Origin: Acidobacteriota bacterium
GTDB taxonomy: Bacteria; Acidobacteriota; UBA6911
DNA: 64,000 nt
Assembly (NCBI GenBank): GCA_963664705.1
Contig: OY761556.1
Location: forward strand, 1,952,001 to 2,016,000
Direction: 5' to 3'
Shown here: positions 19,421-28,945 of the stretch, piece after piece
How the letters are laid out: the number at the start of each line of letters is the position of its first letter
How positions within the stretch are numbered: the first letter of the stretch is position 1
Position numbers and translations under genes: made by a program
Notes under the pieces: generated by a model
Database searches by the model: none
What the model saw: only the letters and a program-made list of their open reading frames with translations
What the model was told of the DNA's origin: nothing

Positions 19421-20734
19421 ATGATTATGAAGTACTACCAGAAGCTGACATTTCTTTTTTGTGTGATGTGGGGATTTCTAGGCGTCCAGCGAATCATTAT
19501 TTCCGTGATCATGCCTCAGATCAAGGAAGACCTGAAGTTGAATTACACAGAAGTGGGGATGATCGTAGCCGTAACCGGTGTGGTTTGGGCTCTCGGAACC
19601 GTGATTTGGGCCGCATTAGGAGATCGCTATGGCAGACGGCCCATGATTGTTCTCTGTACGGTCATGGCTGGAGTCTTTTCATGGGTGACGGGTTTTGTCC
19701 ACACCATGGGGCAGATGCTGACAATCCGTGGTTTTCTCGGACTCTTTGAAGGGGGGCCTTACGCACCCGCGATGGGGACTCTTTCCGAAGAATCTCCAGA
19801 GAATAGGCGCGCAATGAACGCGGGGCTGGTTACCGGATCTTTCATGCTCGTTGGCGTCTGTTTCGGCTCGCAATTTGCGGTATGGCTTCTTGAAAGATTT
19901 GGCTCCTGGCGAAAGGTTTTTTATGTGGTGTCCATTCCGGCCATCCTCATCGGCATCATCATCTTTTTTGTGATGCACGAATCCCCGGCGGTATTGGAGG
20001 GAATTCGCAGGCGGAAGATGGGGGAGAAGACGCCCAGTGGCAAATCCGAACAGCCTCGTTTGCGTGATGCGCTCAAATATAAAAATGTGATTCTCTCGTC
20101 CATAAACAGCATCCCGGTTATGGGCTGGTTGTATGTGTATACATCTTTCTCCTCCTCCTTCCTTACGGATGTGCACAAATTCAACATGATGAGCGTTGGC
20201 TTGATCATTTCGGCTTCCGGGCTGGGAGGGTTTCTGGGAGAGTTCATTCTGGGCACGATTTCAGATTTTATCGGGCGCAAAAAAGCGCTGATAGCTTCCG
20301 CTCTGCTGTGCGCAATTTTTGGGCTCCTGGTTGCAAATTTGCCGGTCGGAACCGCTCCCATGCTTTTTGGGATTGTTTTCTTTTTGTTCGGGCTGTTTGG
20401 GGCCGGAATGTATCCGATGTATCTTGGGACATTGCCTGCCGAATGTGTTCCTCCCGCTATCGCCGGCGTGGCTATTGCGATACCGGTTGCACTGGGGGAG
20501 ACTTTGGGCGCAGCTCTGATGCCGACGGTTGCAGGATATTTGAGCGATAGAATCAGCCTGTTTGCTCCGATGTGGATGGCGGCTTTGGCAGGAATATTTA
20601 TCGCGATCGTCTCATTTTTCTACGTAGAGACAGCACCTCGAACCGTGGCAAAAATGAAGCGCAAGCCGACAACGAATGACCATCTGCTGAAGGCTTTTAG
20701 AAAGCCGGAAGCCGAATCGGTAGGCATGGATTAA
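19421..20734 (+). CDS. MFS transporter
   Basis: About 12 TM segments; motif A LGDRYGRR and ISDFIGRK. Confidence 0.9.
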   Translation: MIMKYYQKLTFLFCVMWGFLGVQRIIISVIMPQIKEDLKLNYTEVGMIVAVTGVVWALGTVIWAALGDRYGRRPMIVLCTVMAGVFSWVTGFVHTMGQMLTIRGFLGLFEGGPYAPAMGTLSEESPENRRAMNAGLVTGSFMLVGVCFGSQFAVWLLERFGSWRKVFYVVSIPAILIGIIIFFVMHESPAVLEGIRRRKMGEKTPSGKSEQPRLRDALKYKNVILSSINSIPVMGWLYVYTSFSSSFLTDVHKFNMMSVGLIISASGLGGFLGEFILGTISDFIGRKKALIASALLCAIFGLLVANLPVGTAPMLFGIVFFLFGLFGAGMYPMYLGTLPAECVPPAIAGVAIAIPVALGETLGAALMPTVAGYLSDRISLFAPMWMAALAGIFIAIVSFFYVETAPRTVAKMKRKPTTNDHLLKAFRKPEAESVGMD

Positions 20735-20743
20735 CTGAGAAAG

Positions 20744-20784
20744 AATGGGCTGCCCGGCCGCGTCTTTAAGCCGGGCAGCTCATT
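20744..20784. terminator. Hairpin between convergent genes (likely terminator)
   Basis: AATGGGCTGCCCGGC...GCCGGGCAGCTCATT. Confidence 0.6.
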
Positions 20785-20836
20785 TCCTAGGATTAACTCA
20801 TCCGGAATTGGTCTTTTTCGAGCCGGCTGATCTCCA

Positions 20837-23458
20837 TCAGCGCCGCCCTGCAATCGATAATACCTGCTTCAACCCTTCTACGCTCTGATTCGAGCCCGTG
20901 AACACCTCTGTGGGAAATCTGTAATGCGAGACGATGTCCTGGAAAATTGAGGTACTCAGGTATGAGTTGTAGTACAGACCCGCGAGATACTGAAGCCTCA
21001 AATTCCGGTCATGATTGATCTGGGCATTCTGCATCCAGGGTTGAAGGTCCGATGCACGAACGGCAAAGGTTGAAAAGAGGTCGAAAACGACACCCATTTC
21101 GGAGATTTCCGGATGATTATAACTTGCGCCGAACCCCACTTCGCACAACGATTGCTTGACCGGATCATACTCGGTTCGATCCAGGAGCTTGTTGACTGCA
21201 TCGATGTTGATCTCAGATGGTTGGAGCTGTCCTAGAAGAACGGCGTCATAGCCTTCCGAGTGATCATCATTGCTGAAGAGCATGCCGTTGGGAAAAGCTT
21301 TGAAGAAGGAAGCAATCATGCTCTTTGCCGAGTCGGCATTGCTTTCATAAAGAGGCATCCACAAGGTCATGACGCCGCCCGGCTTCAGATGTTTTTTGCA
21401 CATTTCATAGAACTCGACCGTATTCAGCGCGGCGCTCCCCTTGACCCAGGGGTCAATGGGATCGGAGGTAATCACATCGAACTTGACGTCTGGCGGCAGC
21501 GTACGGATGTAATGGCGTCCATCATCATAAACGGCGGAAACCTGCTTGCCATTCACCTTGTGTGGATTCTGTTGAGCAATGCCATCCATCAGGTGGTAAT
21601 TTTGACTGGCAAACATCGGGGTAACCACCTGTGGCACGAGCGGCTCTATATCGCACACGGTAATCCGGCGAATTTCCGGATAGACGACAAAGGATCCTGC
21701 GGTGACGCCGGCCCCACAGGCAACGACAAGAACATCCCGAACTTCACTCGGATTCTTGCATGCCAGTACCGACAGGTGCCCCAGCATGCGCTGCAGACGC
21801 ATATCCTGCGGCTGGCTGGACGCCTGCACTTTTCCCGCACCATGAAAGAAAAGGGCACCCGCAGAGTTACGGGTGACCGCAACCGAAACATTCATTCCTT
21901 CGCCCATATAAACGCAGTGCCATTGAGAGGGGCTGGCACTTTTGGTTTTCGGGTGCTTTGCGTCTTCAATTTGCGGCTCCGCCTGGGCAATATAGGAAGC
22001 CGAGAATCGGCCCCATGCGACAGCCATCCATGGAATTCTGGCAATGCCCTCGAAAACCATAACGATCATCAGAAGGAAGATGACTGCGAATGCCGCACCT
22101 GAAAATGAAATGCGCGCGAATAGTGATCGATTATCGCCAGACTTCGAGCCGGATAGACAAGAAAGAAAAGCGACGCCGGCAGAGATAACGGCAATGACAA
22201 CCAGGGATCGTTCTCCCCATTGCGTTCCGAACCGCGGAATGACCCACAAACTGAACGCCAGGGAGCCCAGGATGGAGCCGATGGTATTGGCAGCGTAAAT
22301 GCCGCCGACCATATGTCCCGGATCCTGTTCGCTGGATGCCACCGAGGCTATCGCCAGTGGAAAGCCGGCGCCCCACAGGAAGGCTGCGGGAAGGGTCACC
22401 CAGGCGGCACGGAGGATATCCAGCTGAAACAGATACCATGGTCCAAGATCACCGGTGTAGAGTCCCGGATTGATGGGCCAGTAGGGCAGAGATCTGGAAA
22501 TCATCAGCGCGGCCCATCCGATCGCTCCTGCAAGTAATAATTGGCACAATGCGAAGGTCCGCCGCGGATTCTGTAAGGATCGGGAGAGCAGGGAACCGGC
22601 AGCGCTTCCCAGTCCCAGGCCGACAAGGAACACCGCCAGGATAATCGAAAAGGAATAAACGGTCCCACCCATCAGCAGTGCCAGCAGGCGAGTCCAAACT
22701 ACCTCCGCACCAAGGGCAGACAATCCGGAAAGCGCTATGGCAACATAAACTGGAGCCCGATCTGCGACGATCGAAGCCCGTTGCGGAACAGCCGTATTTC
22801 CTGGCGCATGAGGACTTTTTGATGCAATAGCGAATGCGATGAGGGCAACCAGTACATTGATGCCGGCAGCCACGCACGTGCCGGTCGGCATATCAAAAAG
22901 ACGCAGCAGAAAAAAGCCGGCAGCCAGGCATCCCACAACAGCGCCAGCAATATTTCCGCCATAAAAGAAACCCATCCAGGAAACGCCCCGTGGAGTTGAC
23001 TCAACAAAGCGGGCGACGCAGGGAAGCGTCGCTCCCATCAGCATGGTCGGAGGGATAAGACAGACGGCTGCAACCAGCGCGCGAACAATAACACCATGCG
23101 AGTGCAGGCCCGCATAGACATCTGTCAGGATAGGAATAGCGAAAAGGGCAAGAATACCAATGATGCCGATTCCAAGTTCCAAAAGCGCATAGACCCGCAG
23201 GGGATGAGCCCGGCTGGAAATCAGCCGGGGCAGGAGCAGACTGCCCAGGCACATTCCCCCCATATAGGTTCCGAGGAGTACTCCCAACGATATGCCGGAT
23301 GCACCGATTACCAATTCCAGCAATTGAAGCCAGACCACTTCATAAATCAGTGCAGCACAGCCGCTACCGAAAAACAGCAGCAGCAGATAGGAAAGGTAGC
23401 GTTGCGAATCAATGGTGTCTGTCGAGGCAAATCCGATCGATAATTCTGTATCCTGCAT
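20837..23458 (-). CDS. Fused membrane domain / spermidine synthase-like SAM-binding protein
   Basis: SGCAALIYEVVW repeats, YAANTIGS, then DDGRHY, FDVITSDP.DPW, YEMCKKHLKPGG. Start is ATG 23458 or 23488; the track's extension into the IS is treated as an artefact. Confidence 0.8.
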   Translation of the reverse strand: MQDTELSIGFASTDTIDSQRYLSYLLLLFFGSGCAALIYEVVWLQLLELVIGASGISLGVLLGTYMGGMCLGSLLLPRLISSRAHPLRVYALLELGIGIIGILALFAIPILTDVYAGLHSHGVIVRALVAAVCLIPPTMLMGATLPCVARFVESTPRGVSWMGFFYGGNIAGAVVGCLAAGFFLLRLFDMPTGTCVAAGINVLVALIAFAIASKSPHAPGNTAVPQRASIVADRAPVYVAIALSGLSALGAEVVWTRLLALLMGGTVYSFSIILAVFLVGLGLGSAAGSLLSRSLQNPRRTFALCQLLLAGAIGWAALMISRSLPYWPINPGLYTGDLGPWYLFQLDILRAAWVTLPAAFLWGAGFPLAIASVASSEQDPGHMVGGIYAANTIGSILGSLAFSLWVIPRFGTQWGERSLVVIAVISAGVAFLSCLSGSKSGDNRSLFARISFSGAAFAVIFLLMIVMVFEGIARIPWMAVAWGRFSASYIAQAEPQIEDAKHPKTKSASPSQWHCVYMGEGMNVSVAVTRNSAGALFFHGAGKVQASSQPQDMRLQRMLGHLSVLACKNPSEVRDVLVVACGAGVTAGSFVVYPEIRRITVCDIEPLVPQVVTPMFASQNYHLMDGIAQQNPHKVNGKQVSAVYDDGRHYIRTLPPDVKFDVITSDPIDPWVKGSAALNTVEFYEMCKKHLKPGGVMTLWMPLYESNADSAKSMIASFFKAFPNGMLFSNDDHSEGYDAVLLGQLQPSEINIDAVNKLLDRTEYDPVKQSLCEVGFGASYNHPEISEMGVVFDLFSTFAVRASDLQPWMQNAQINHDRNLRLQYLAGLYYNSYLSTSIFQDIVSHYRFPTEVFTGSNQSVEGLKQVLSIAGRR

Positions 23459-23501
23459 AGGGGGCACCGGCGGCTTGAATCCTTTCATTCGAAGATGACG
23501 C

Positions 23502-23530
23502 AGACTACCCCACATATACAGCAGTCGCAA
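23502..23530 (-). promoter_or_regulatory. Putative sigma70 promoter of the spermidine synthase-like gene
   Basis: Minus strand TTGCGA-N17-TAGTCT, abutting the IS target duplication. Confidence 0.4.
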
Positions 23531-23546
23531 CAAAATTGCGGCAGAC

Positions 23547-24972
23547 TGTGGTAAGCAAATGATCTGTCCGGTGGTTGTAGCAAGTGAAATGTCCGGTGCA
23601 AAGGTCTGAGTGAGATAAAGTGCCATCGCGAAAGGAGGAGCGATGGGGCTATATCCGACTCGGGCACTGGAGCGGGCGTTGAAAATACAATCAGTGATAT
23701 TGCAGGCAATGAGTGGAAAAATACTGTGGTGCCAGGCAGCCGAGATCATCGGGATATCGGACCGATCAATGAGGCGATGGCGAGAACGATATGAGGAACA
23801 CGGTTACGACGGGCTCTATGATCGCAGGCTAAAGCGGCCGAGTCCAAAACGTGTTCCGTTAAAAACAGTGGAGAAAGTGCTTCGGCTTTATCGGGAGCAG
23901 TACTTCGATTTCAATGTTCGTCATTTCGTAGAAAAGCTGCATAAGGAACATGATGTCGATCTGAGCTATACCTGGGTCAAGACAGCACTGCAAACGGCGG
24001 GATTGGTAGCCAAGAGTCGCAAGAAAGGGAAACACCGGAAAAAGCGCCCTCGGCGACCATTGTCAGGCATGATGCTCCATGTGGATGGCAGCACGCATTG
24101 CTGGCTGGAGGGCCAACAACACCACGACCTAGTAGCAATTCTGGATGACGCCACGTCAGCGGTGTATTACGCACAGCTGGTCGATCAGGAGAGCACAGCG
24201 ACGGTAATGGCCGGGTTGAAGGAAGTGGTTGAGAAGAAAGGCATCTTTTGCTCCCTGTATTCGGATCGCGGAAGCCATTTCTTCTACACTCCGGTTGCGG
24301 GAGGGCCACCCGATCGTACACGTAAGACTCAAATCGCCAGGGCCCTTGGACAATTGGGGATTGAAACGATACCTGCTAACTCGCCGCAGGCTAGAGGGCG
24401 GTGTGAACGGTTTTTTGGAACTTGGCAAGGGCGTCTGCCGCAGGAACTCCGGTTAAAGAAAATCCAGACACTGGAGGCTGCAAATGAGTTCCTACGTAAA
24501 GAGTGGATACCTTTCCACAACAAGACCTTTACCGTTCCGGCACAACAGATGGGAAACGCTTTTGTGCCCTATTCTGGCACTCGTTCTGAGTTAGATAAGA
24601 TCTTCTCCCACCAGGAGGAAAGAGATGTGGGTAACGACAATACCGTCAAACTTGGGAAAATCTGTATGCAGATCGAGCCACAAAAGTTTCGCTTCAGCAT
24701 GGCTCGATGCCGAGTGCTTGTCTGTCGGCATTTGGATGAAACAATAAGCCTTCATTACGGTCCCCATGTGCTGGGCCGTTATGATTCCAACGGGAAGGTT
24801 TTGAATCAGCCAGCTGTGAAACGAAGCAATAAGAATGCGGCCTGACGGGGCCGCGGTCTTTTTTCCTAAGCCGTTCCGGGCTACGCCCTCCACAGCTTAG
24901 GAAAAATCCCAAATAACTAAACCGGACATTTCATTTGCTATAAAAACCGGACATCTTGATTTGCTACGAACA
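23547..24972 (+). mobile_element. Complete IS1202-family (ISNCY) insertion sequence, 1426 bp
   Basis: TGT...ACA ends. Each end has two tandem AGCAA.TGAAATGTCCGGT-like subrepeats (23547-23597 and 24921-24972). A 16-bp direct repeat CAAAATTGCGGCAGAC lies at 23531-23546 and 24973-24988. Confidence 0.9.
23643..24845 (+). CDS. DDE transposase (ISNCY/IS1202 type)
   Basis: HTH (AAEIIGISDRSMRRW), HVDGS, ILDDATS, YSDRGS, NSPQARGRCER..GTWQGRL. Confidence 0.95.
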   Translation: MGLYPTRALERALKIQSVILQAMSGKILWCQAAEIIGISDRSMRRWRERYEEHGYDGLYDRRLKRPSPKRVPLKTVEKVLRLYREQYFDFNVRHFVEKLHKEHDVDLSYTWVKTALQTAGLVAKSRKKGKHRKKRPRRPLSGMMLHVDGSTHCWLEGQQHHDLVAILDDATSAVYYAQLVDQESTATVMAGLKEVVEKKGIFCSLYSDRGSHFFYTPVAGGPPDRTRKTQIARALGQLGIETIPANSPQARGRCERFFGTWQGRLPQELRLKKIQTLEAANEFLRKEWIPFHNKTFTVPAQQMGNAFVPYSGTRSELDKIFSHQEERDVGNDNTVKLGKICMQIEPQKFRFSMARCRVLVCRHLDETISLHYGPHVLGRYDSNGKVLNQPAVKRSNKNAA

Positions 24973-25012
24973 CAAAATTGCGGCAGACTAATCTAAACAA
25001 ATGCAGTCCTGA

Positions 25013-25954
25013 CTAATGCCAGGAAAATGTGCTGACGGGAGAGCTAGGATCTTTCAACCATTCTTCCATCGAACCGTCATAAACCCTGACCTTGCGGTAC
25101 CCGAAAAGCTGCGTCAGCAGGAACCACCAAGTGCTGGCATATCCCCCGACTCCGCAATATACAATGACATCCCGGGATTTATTGACACCGATCACTCCGG
25201 AAACCATCGCACGCAATTCCTCTTCTTTACGATAAACGCCATTCTCAAGAAAGACCCAGGGGGTCGGCAGGTTCACAGCGCTCTTGATGTGTCCAAACTT
25301 GGCGGCTGCGCCAAAATACTCTTCCGGTATACGGGCATCCACAATGGCTGCCCGCCCTATCGCCGCAAGGACTTGTTTCCTATTGGCCAACATTTGATCG
25401 TTGATACGCCCCGTGTATTTTCGAGGAGCTCGTTCGGAGCTCTCGGCTGATACCGTCCTTATTTCACGCAGCCAGCGATTGTGTCCTCCGTCAAGCACCG
25501 ATGCATTGGGTATACCGGCAACAATGCATGTCCATGCAACGCGCGTTGCATCCGCCCGGCTGAAATCTGTATCGATCCCGCCGGCAATGACGACATGCGA
25601 GGTTTCGTCGATACCGGACTTCCCGATTATTTCCCGCAAAACATCTTCTGCGGGCAATTCAAGGGAAAGTCCATTTCTGGATACAGCCCAAGTGCTGGTC
25701 GGCACATGGATGGCTCCCGGGATATGTCCCTTCCGGTATTGCTCCGCACTCCGAATATCGATGATGACCAGTTTGGGATCAGCGAGGTTTTTGGATAGCC
25801 AGTCCGGAGATACCAGGGGAGGGATTTCACGCGATTGCGCGACGGCAGTATTTGCAATTGCCAGTGCGGCCACGCCAAAACCGATATTGCATAAGAAGTC
25901 TCTGCGGGTTGCCGAGGCCGTCCAGTTCATCGTCATTGAATTCTCTCTTTCCAT
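25013..25954 (-). CDS. Tandem-rhodanese sulfurtransferase with Tat signal
   Basis: ATRRDFL, LVSPDWL, GHIPGA, VYCGVGGYAS, YDGSMEEW. Confidence 0.9.
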   Translation of the reverse strand: MERENSMTMNWTASATRRDFLCNIGFGVAALAIANTAVAQSREIPPLVSPDWLSKNLADPKLVIIDIRSAEQYRKGHIPGAIHVPTSTWAVSRNGLSLELPAEDVLREIIGKSGIDETSHVVIAGGIDTDFSRADATRVAWTCIVAGIPNASVLDGGHNRWLREIRTVSAESSERAPRKYTGRINDQMLANRKQVLAAIGRAAIVDARIPEEYFGAAAKFGHIKSAVNLPTPWVFLENGVYRKEEELRAMVSGVIGVNKSRDVIVYCGVGGYASTWWFLLTQLFGYRKVRVYDGSMEEWLKDPSSPVSTFSWH

Positions 25955-26249
25955 AGAAGCACTATAGAATCAATTCCCATAACCCGCAAATACTCTCGCA
26001 ATCTGCAGCAGCTTTTCGGATTACAAATTTAGGGGAAACAAAACGGTCCGGAGATCCTTTTCGAATATGATCCGAAATGCTACTCTCCTGCTAGGTGGTG
26101 GTAAAAGGGTGGATCAGGAAGTTCGTCCTTCGCAATTGGTCATTTCCAATGTGCGCCTGATCACAGAGACCTCTGCGGAATCCGAATATTGTGTTTGTGA
26201 ACATAGTGAATTAGGCGCCTCCAATGTCTCTCTCAAAGGAGCTGATGCA

Positions 26250-27167
26250 ATGCCACGGATCAAATCTGTTTTATGCATTTCCATTCTAATTGCATTCGCC
26301 GGCTGTAACAGGATGAGCAAAGAAGCAACCGAACAACCGCCGGCACCCGCGCCCCAGCCCTCTGTTCAACAACCCGCGGAACAGCCCCCGGCGCAGGAAA
26401 ATGCGCCGCAAGTTGCTCAACCGGAGGCTCCGGCGCCGATTGCAGCTCCGGCCAAAATCAAGCCGACAGTCGCAAAACCAAAACAGACTCCGAAAAAGGA
26501 GGCCGCCGCCCATTCTGAGCCCCAGCCCCCCTTGACTCGACAGCCCGCAGCACAACCGACCGAAACGGCGCCGGCTGCGCCGCAACCTTCTGCCTCGACC
26601 ACCCTGGCCCCATCGCAACCGACAATCGCCGCCCCGCCACTCAATGTTCCGCAAGTCCTGACGATACCAGGCGGAACCAGCATGCAGGTTCGCCTCCAGG
26701 ATCCGCTTGATTCCGCGGTCAACAAGCCTGGCGACACCTTTCGAGCTCTCCTGGACCGGGATATCGAAATAGGCGGAAAAACGATTGCACCCCGTGGCAG
26801 CCTGGTGGAGGGAAAACTTTCTCAGGTAGCGCGGGCTGGCCGTGTTGAGGGCCTCGCTTCGATGGCTCTTCAGCTTACAAGCCTGAAGATCGGCGAACAG
26901 AGTTATCAGATCCAGACTGAGATTTTGACTTTCCAGGCTGATTCCACAAAAAAGCAGGACGCAACAAAGGTTGGGGTTGGAGCTGGTCTCGGGGCAGTGA
27001 TCGGGGCTATCGCCGGTGGAGGTAAAGGCGCGGCAATAGGCGCGGCCGTGGGAGCCGGAGCCGCTGGTGTAACGGTGGCGGCCACTCGTGGCAAGGAGAT
27101 TCAGTTCGCCGCCGAACATAAACTGAGTTTCGCGCTTGCGCATGACGTCAATATAAAGCTTCAATGA
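26250..27167 (+). CDS. Lipoprotein with Pro/Ala/Gln-rich linker and C-terminal beta domain with glycine zipper
   Basis: FAGC lipobox, low-complexity linker, TIPGGT..VRL, GAVIGAIAGGGKGAAIGA; ATG 26250 after AAGGAG. Confidence 0.75.
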   Translation: MPRIKSVLCISILIAFAGCNRMSKEATEQPPAPAPQPSVQQPAEQPPAQENAPQVAQPEAPAPIAAPAKIKPTVAKPKQTPKKEAAAHSEPQPPLTRQPAAQPTETAPAAPQPSASTTLAPSQPTIAAPPLNVPQVLTIPGGTSMQVRLQDPLDSAVNKPGDTFRALLDRDIEIGGKTIAPRGSLVEGKLSQVARAGRVEGLASMALQLTSLKIGEQSYQIQTEILTFQADSTKKQDATKVGVGAGLGAVIGAIAGGGKGAAIGAAVGAGAAGVTVAATRGKEIQFAAEHKLSFALAHDVNIKLQ

Positions 27168-27706
27168 GATTTATCGATTTTCTGGCGCGAGGGATTTCCT
27201 CTCACCTGTACACAACAGGGCTGAACCGTTTAGGTCGGGTATTGTGCATTGCAGTTCTCAGCATAATGCCCGCATATCCCGTCGCATTGGATCCAGCTGC
27301 ATCGCTCGCGGTTCGCGGCATGGAAGTGCAGATTTATCAGGAAGTGAACCGTGTGCGCGGCGCAGCAGGAATTCCGCCTCTGGCATGGAATGAAGCGCTT
27401 GCGGGAGAAGCAAAAAGACATGCATCAAACATGGCGCAGATGGGTTTCTTTTCCCACCATGACCCTTCGAGGGGTGAACTGGCCGATCGCCTGAGTGCTG
27501 CCGGAATAGTCTGGAGCCGCTGTGCGGAAAACCTTTATGAAGAGAAGGGCGTTTCGGATCCTGCCCGGAGAGCTGTTTCCATGTGGTTGAGCAGCGTTAA
27601 CCACCGAAAAAACATACTCGACGCGACGCTCTCCGAATGCGGCGTGGGGGTTGTATCCCAGCCCGACGGAACCATCGTGATCGTACAGGAATTTCTGCGA
27701 AAGTAA
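27164..27706 (+). CDS. CAP/SCP domain protein
   Basis: VNRVR, HASNMA..FFSH, AENL, WLSSVNHRKNIL, GVGV. Confidence 0.9.
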   Translation: MRFIDFLARGISSHLYTTGLNRLGRVLCIAVLSIMPAYPVALDPAASLAVRGMEVQIYQEVNRVRGAAGIPPLAWNEALAGEAKRHASNMAQMGFFSHHDPSRGELADRLSAAGIVWSRCAENLYEEKGVSDPARRAVSMWLSSVNHRKNILDATLSECGVGVVSQPDGTIVIVQEFLRK

Positions 27707-27716
27707 TCCCCGAGGA

Positions 27717-28853
27717 TCACTTTCTTTCAATAACCTCCCGATAGTACTCCTCGTAGGAGGGGATTATCTGCGTTGAGCAGAATCGGGAGCGGGCCTTTTC
27801 TCGGGAGCGCTTTCCCATAGTGTCTCGGACACGCTCATCCGCCAGTATCGCGAGAGACCGCTCCGCCATCAATTGGGTATTGCGTGCTTCCACAAGAAAG
27901 CCCTCCACGCCATCGGTTATGACTTCCGGCAAGCCGCCAACCTTCGAGGCCACCACCGGAACCTCACAGGCCATTGCCTCCAAAGCAACCAGGCCGAAGG
28001 ACTCGGTGTCGCTGGGCAGGAGAAGCAGGTCCGCAATACTGATCAATTTTTCTATATTGTCCTGTTTCCCAAGAAAATGAACGCTGTGCTCGATTCCGTG
28101 GTTGTGTGCGGCCCATTCCGCATTGCTGCGTTCGGGTCCGTCCCCGACCATTAACAGAATCGATGGAATTTCCTTCCGCACGCGCGCGAAAATATCCACC
28201 ACGTCCGCGGGACGTTTGACCGCGCGGAAATTGGAGACATGAATCAGAATTTTTTCTCCCTCGGGAGCAAAGTGAGACCTCAGTTCCGAATCACGTGCAG
28301 CGCGATATTTGTCACAGTTCACGAAATTGTAAATGACTTCGATGTTCGTCGTCGCACCGATGACCTTGATGGTGGCATCTTTCAGAAAGCTCGATACAGC
28401 CGTCACGCCATCGGATTGATCGATGGAAAATCTTGTGATCGGCAGATAGGACCTGTCGGCACCCACAAGCGTGATATCGGTGCCATGAAGCGTGGTAACG
28501 ACTGGAAGCCGGCGCGGTTTCAACATGGACTTTGCGAGAAATGCGCTTACGGAATGGGGAATTGCATAGTGGCAGTGCAGCAGGTCCAACTGATAGGCCT
28601 CGGCAACTTCTGCCATCTTGGTAGCCAGAGCCAGCGTATAGGGCGGATGATGGAACAAGGGATATGATGTCACCTCCACCTCATGGAACTGGATATTGGC
28701 CAATGCGGCATCGAGCCGCATCGGCATGGCATAACTGATAAAGTGGATTTCGTGGCCTCGATCGGCCATTTCCTTGCCGAGTTCCGTTGCAACAATTCCG
28801 CTCCCGCCATAGGTTGGGTAGCAGGTTATTCCAATTTTCACGGTCGACTCCAT
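27717..28853 (-). CDS. bshA: N-acetyl-alpha-D-glucosaminyl L-malate synthase
   Basis: KIGITCYPTYGGSG, HCHYAIPH, TTLHGTDIT, HVSNFRAVKR, ESFGLVALEAMA. Confidence 0.93.
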   Translation of the reverse strand: MESTVKIGITCYPTYGGSGIVATELGKEMADRGHEIHFISYAMPMRLDAALANIQFHEVEVTSYPLFHHPPYTLALATKMAEVAEAYQLDLLHCHYAIPHSVSAFLAKSMLKPRRLPVVTTLHGTDITLVGADRSYLPITRFSIDQSDGVTAVSSFLKDATIKVIGATTNIEVIYNFVNCDKYRAARDSELRSHFAPEGEKILIHVSNFRAVKRPADVVDIFARVRKEIPSILLMVGDGPERSNAEWAAHNHGIEHSVHFLGKQDNIEKLISIADLLLLPSDTESFGLVALEAMACEVPVVASKVGGLPEVITDGVEGFLVEARNTQLMAERSLAILADERVRDTMGKRSREKARSRFCSTQIIPSYEEYYREVIERK

Positions 28854-28945
28854 TTCCTAGAGCTGGATAGAGACGATTGGCAAAAGGCCGGTGACAGACA
28901 ATGGATGCATGCCGCGCCCGTCCTATATCGACTGCAACGGGGAAC

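Noticed and set aside
23459-23749. N-terminal extension of the 970-aa ORF
   Set aside because: It runs through the IS left end and antisense to the transposase, so it is an ORF-calling artefact.
26330-26640. Low-complexity Pro/Ala-rich coding stretch (also in E2 at about 46320-46740)
   Set aside because: Ordinary flexible linkers, not DNA repeat arrays.
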